This document shows positions 60,931 through 64,000 of a stretch of DNA of 64,000 nucleotides, one piece after another. The notes under the pieces are model-generated. The model saw only the letters and a program-made list of their open reading frames with translations. It was not told where the DNA came from and did no database searches. The position numbers and the translations under genes were made by a program. The first letter of the stretch is position 1. Every line of letters begins with the position of its first letter. Source of the DNA: an uncultured delta proteobacterium (lineage in GTDB: Bacteria > Myxococcota_A > Polyangia > Haliangiales > Haliangiaceae); NCBI GenBank assembly GCA_963848295.1, contig CAWKDB010000010.1, forward strand, positions 576,001 through 640,000, given 5' to 3'.

Positions 60931-61518
60931 CTACCACCTGCCGGACAGCGACAGCCCGGTCGCGCCGTTCGGGCCCGCCATCGGACCAACGACGACGTCG
61001 TGCAGGTAGTCGTTGCGGACCCAAACGCGTTTGGCGGACGTTGCGCCGAAGTACGTCATCACTGCTCCTGCGATCTGCGCTGCTCCGAGAGTGAAGAGGA
61101 GCACATTCTCGCCAGTGCAAACGCCCTCGCAGGAGCCGCTGGCCTGGCCGAGCTCGAGGAACGGACCCAGGATAGGGATCCACATCGGGGTATACGACCG
61201 CCCATTCTGAGGGTTCTGACCGTCGGCGGCCAAGAACGCCGAGAAGCCGTACGAGGTGGCGCACATGATCACGCCGTTGATCAGAAGCCCGGTTCGCCTG
61301 CGATGGACCTCGGTATAGCCGGCCGGCGGACCGCGGCTGTCGTCAACGTCGAGCTCAGCTGGGCCCCTCAGCGTGAGCGCTAGATGGCTCGGGGGCAACG
61401 CGCTCGGCGCTGCGAGTGGAGTCGTTTCACGATCGCCATCGGCTACCGCCAACGACGGCGCCAGCGAGAGCATAGCGAGCCACGCGGTCACGGCGATAGC
61501 GCGCTCGACAAGCACCAC
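60931..61518 (-). CDS. Uncharacterised secreted/envelope protein, paralog 2
   Basis: Same architecture; MWIPILGPF; terminal GLSLSGRW. Confidence 0.75.
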   Translation of the reverse strand: MVLVERAIAVTAWLAMLSLAPSLAVADGDRETTPLAAPSALPPSHLALTLRGPAELDVDDSRGPPAGYTEVHRRRTGLLINGVIMCATSYGFSAFLAADGQNPQNGRSYTPMWIPILGPFLELGQASGSCEGVCTGENVLLFTLGAAQIAGAVMTYFGATSAKRVWVRNDYLHDVVVGPMAGPNGATGLSLSGRW

Positions 61519-61521
61519 GCT

Positions 61522-62196
61522 CTACCACTTGCCGGACAGCGAGAGCCCCGTGGCGCCATTCGGGCCCGCCATCGGCGTGACCGCGACGTTGCTCACGAGG
61601 TCGTTGCGGACGAACACCCGCTTGGTCGAGGTCGCCCCGAGGTACAGCATCACCGCGCCGGCGACCTGCGCCGCGCCGAGACCGACGAGGAACACGTTCT
61701 CGGTCGCGCTGTTGCTCTGGCCGATCTGGATGAACGGGCCGGCGACCGGGATCCACATCGCGGCTTCGGAGTTGGTGCCGCCGTTGTAGGACGAGTCGTC
61801 CTGACCAGTGGCGGCGATCAGCGCCGAGAGGCTGTACGACGCGGCGAGCGTGATCGCGCCGCCGAGCAGCATGCCCTTGCGCTTGCGATGAACCTCGGTG
61901 TAGCCGACCGGCGCGCGCCGGCCATCTTCGACGTCATCGATCTCGTCCGGGCCAGACAGCGCGACGCTCTGCGGGACGTACGTGGTCTGGGTCTGCTGCG
62001 ACAGCGGCGCGGTGTAGAGCGGCGTGTAGACCTGCGCCGGAGCCGGCGCTTGTCCGACCGGGATCTGCGGCTGCTGTGGCTGAGGCTGCATCGGGGCGCC
62101 AGAAGGCGCGCCCTCCTCGCCATCGGCGTGAGCCAGGCGCGGTGCGAGAATGGCGAGCGGGAGAGCCAAGGCAAGAAGGCGATTGACGGTGACCAT
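61522..62196 (-). CDS. Uncharacterised secreted/envelope protein, paralog 3
   Basis: Blocks near-identical to paralog 1 (QVYTPLY.APLSQ.TQTTYVPQSVALSGP); terminal GLSLSGKW. Confidence 0.8.
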   Translation of the reverse strand: MVTVNRLLALALPLAILAPRLAHADGEEGAPSGAPMQPQPQQPQIPVGQAPAPAQVYTPLYTAPLSQQTQTTYVPQSVALSGPDEIDDVEDGRRAPVGYTEVHRKRKGMLLGGAITLAASYSLSALIAATGQDDSSYNGGTNSEAAMWIPVAGPFIQIGQSNSATENVFLVGLGAAQVAGAVMLYLGATSTKRVFVRNDLVSNVAVTPMAGPNGATGLSLSGKW

Positions 62197-62209
62197 GGTC
62201 GGACCCTTA

Positions 62210-62225
62210 AGCGAGTCGCGTGCCA
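62210..62225 (-). promoter_or_regulatory. Sigma-54 promoter of paralogs 3 and 2
   Basis: TGGCACGCGACTCGCT (GG-N10-GC). Confidence 0.65.
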
Positions 62226-62329
62226 CGCTAACTGCGCCATTTGCCGTGGGCCGGATCGAGCACGGCCGTTAGAACCCGTTCGGGACCTGACGCTGGTGTC
62301 ACATCCGCGACGCTCAGCGATCTCGTAAC

Positions 62330-62596
62330 TCAGCGCTTCTGCGCTTGTTTCAAGACGATGAACTCGGCGAGGTGCTGGACCGAACGAAAGGCGTCACGGG
62401 TCTCTTGGTCTTGGCTGACCTCGACGCCGTACTTCTTGGAGATCGCGGTCGCGAGCTCGAGCGCGTCGATCGAATCGAGGTTCAGTCCGGCACCGAACAG
62501 CGCGTCGGTGTCGGAGATCTTGCCGGGGTCGACATCCGAGAGCTGGAGCGCTTCGACGATGAGCTGTTTGATCTCTTGGTGCAGGTTCGTGGTCAC
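62330..62596 (-). CDS. Acyl carrier protein (APE type)
   Basis: EIKQLIVEAL, LFGAGLNLDSIDALEL. Confidence 0.92.
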   Translation of the reverse strand: MTTNLHQEIKQLIVEALQLSDVDPGKISDTDALFGAGLNLDSIDALELATAISKKYGVEVSQDQETRDAFRSVQHLAEFIVLKQAQKR

Positions 62597-63429
62597 TGAG
62601 CGTCTCCGACAGCGTGCGGCGCGTCCGCCACATCAGCTGGGGCAGGATATCCCAACACATCGCGGTAGCGCTGCTCGATCTCGCGACACAACGTCCGGCT
62701 ATCGGCAGCGGGGTCGGGCTCGATCGTGGCGAACGGCTCGATGGTCAGCACTGCCATCCGGTCCGCGATCCGCCAGATCGGCAGCCGTTTCGACAATGCG
62801 GAGGGCACGCATGTGAGCTTCAGCAACACGATCGGCACATTCGCGCGCGCCGCGAGCTCGAACGCGCCGCGATGAAACGCGTGGAGGCCGCCGATCGGCG
62901 AGCGGGTGCCCTCGGGGAACACGAGCACGTCGAAGCCCATCGCGAGCCGCTCCTGGCAATCGCGGATCATGTGGATACCGGTCGGCACCAGGCCGGTCCG
63001 CCGGACCGCCCGCCTCAGCAACGGATTCGCCCCGAAGCTCGGGCGTGCGATCGCGACGACATCGGGAAACAGCGCGACGACCGACGTGACATCGCACAGC
63101 GTCGGGTGGTTCGCGACAAACACGACCGGGGTCTTGCCCGGGCGCAGCGCCTTGACCGGGCTCGTCGTGTGGTAGAGCCGCAGCGTGCGCATCCACCAGT
63201 GAAAGAACCAAAAGCCGTGGCGCATGCTGCGGTGGGCTCGGTGCATCTTCTCGACCGGAGTTCCCGGCCAGAGCAAGACGATCGGCAGCCAGAGCCAGGC
63301 CAGCGCGACCACCCCAGACCAGAACCCGGCGAAGCACAAAGCGACGCCGATCGTGCGGACGCCGCGATACAGCCAGTAGATCGGCGCCGGCAGCAGCGCC
63401 TTGAACGGATACAGCGGCTCGGCTGCCAT
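62593..63429 (-). CDS. PlsC-like lysophospholipid acyltransferase (APE cluster)
   Basis: ANHPTLCD, FPEGTRS, FHRGA. Confidence 0.9.
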   Translation of the reverse strand: MAAEPLYPFKALLPAPIYWLYRGVRTIGVALCFAGFWSGVVALAWLWLPIVLLWPGTPVEKMHRAHRSMRHGFWFFHWWMRTLRLYHTTSPVKALRPGKTPVVFVANHPTLCDVTSVVALFPDVVAIARPSFGANPLLRRAVRRTGLVPTGIHMIRDCQERLAMGFDVLVFPEGTRSPIGGLHAFHRGAFELAARANVPIVLLKLTCVPSALSKRLPIWRIADRMAVLTIEPFATIEPDPAADSRTLCREIEQRYRDVLGYPAPADVADAPHAVGDAQ

Positions 63430-64000
63430 CAGCTCCCGCTCGCTCCCGCTCGCTCGCCGGCGCCGGCCGTGACGTCGCCGAGCGCCACGCAGCGCAACCC
63501 GCGCGTCTCGCAGGTCGCGAGGATCGTCTCGAGGGCCGCCAGCGTCGGCGCGCGATCACTGCTCCCCCCGAGACCGGTGCCGTCGTGCAGCGTGACGATC
63601 GCTCCGGGTGCGAGGTGCTTGGCGATGCGCGCGACGATCGCCTCCGCCGTGGTCGCGAGCGAGTCGAGGCCGCGCACCGACCACGTCACACACGTCAGGC
63701 CGGTCGTGCGGCTCCAGCCCCAGGCGAAGCACGGCGTACGCAAGCCTTGCGGCGGGCGAAACAGCGTCGGCGAGGTCGGCAGGATCTCGGCGACGACCGC
63801 GATCGCCTCCTCGATCTCGCGCTGGACGTACGTCGGGCTGCCGAAATGAAACCGCAGGCGATGGTGCTGGGTGTGCGTGCCGACCGCGTGCCCGTCGCGA
63901 TACATGCGCAGGATCAGCTCGGGGTGGCGTTGCGCGCGCTCGCCGAGCACGAAGAACGTGGCCCGCGCGTGATGAGCGGCGAGCAGGTCGAGGATCTGCG
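63429..64000 (-). CDS. Polysaccharide deacetylase (NodB family), 5' end outside the window
   Basis: ATFFVLG, GHAVGTHT..H, FRPPQG, WSVRGLD, GAIVTLHD. Confidence 0.9.
   Translation of the reverse strand, partial: QILDLLAAHHARATFFVLGERAQRHPELILRMYRDGHAVGTHTQHHRLRFHFGSPTYVQREIEEAIAVVAEILPTSPTLFRPPQGLRTPCFAWGWSRTTGLTCVTWSVRGLDSLATTAEAIVARIAKHLAPGAIVTLHDGTGLGGSSDRAPTLAALETILATCETRGLRCVALGDVTAGAGERAGASGS

Overview
High-GC bacterial chromosome segment. A MYXO-CTERM-type sorting tail, many lipoproteins, a Ser/Thr kinase-ECF sigma pair and a split atp operon suggest Myxococcota (inference). Four blocks are visible. (1) 1-21.1 kb is mostly core: tandem paralogous lipoproteins, a YyaL-type thioredoxin-domain protein, a MenA1/MenT1-like toxin-antitoxin pair whose toxin has lost its catalytic half, gyrA-hemL, the Fo half-operon atpZ-atpI-atpB(frameshifted)-atpE, a trypsin-like protease, moaC-glmS and a degenerate GGDEF protein. 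(2) tRNA-Gly(GCC) is followed by a ~7.4 kb island closed by a 17-bp duplicate of the tRNA 3' end. The island has no integrase and carries an ECF sigma / TPR Ser-Thr kinase / lipoprotein module and a fumarate hydratase 3' fragment. (3) 28.7-50.6 kb is accessory and mixed: SDRs, LysR, histidine kinases, Sel1, beta-carbonic anhydrase, Ohr, a three-gene phosphorelay, moeB, a plant/Chlamydia-type fabI and a TonB-dependent receptor. (4) 50.7-64 kb is an aryl-polyene/flexirubin-type gene cluster running off the right edge. Between its two ACP genes lie three paralogous uncharacterised envelope proteins, two with matching sigma-54 promoters. Many genes across the window have a TANNNT hexamer 5-8 nt before the start codon and no Shine-Dalgarno, suggesting frequent leaderless expression. 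All calls come from manual motif recognition; no searches were run.
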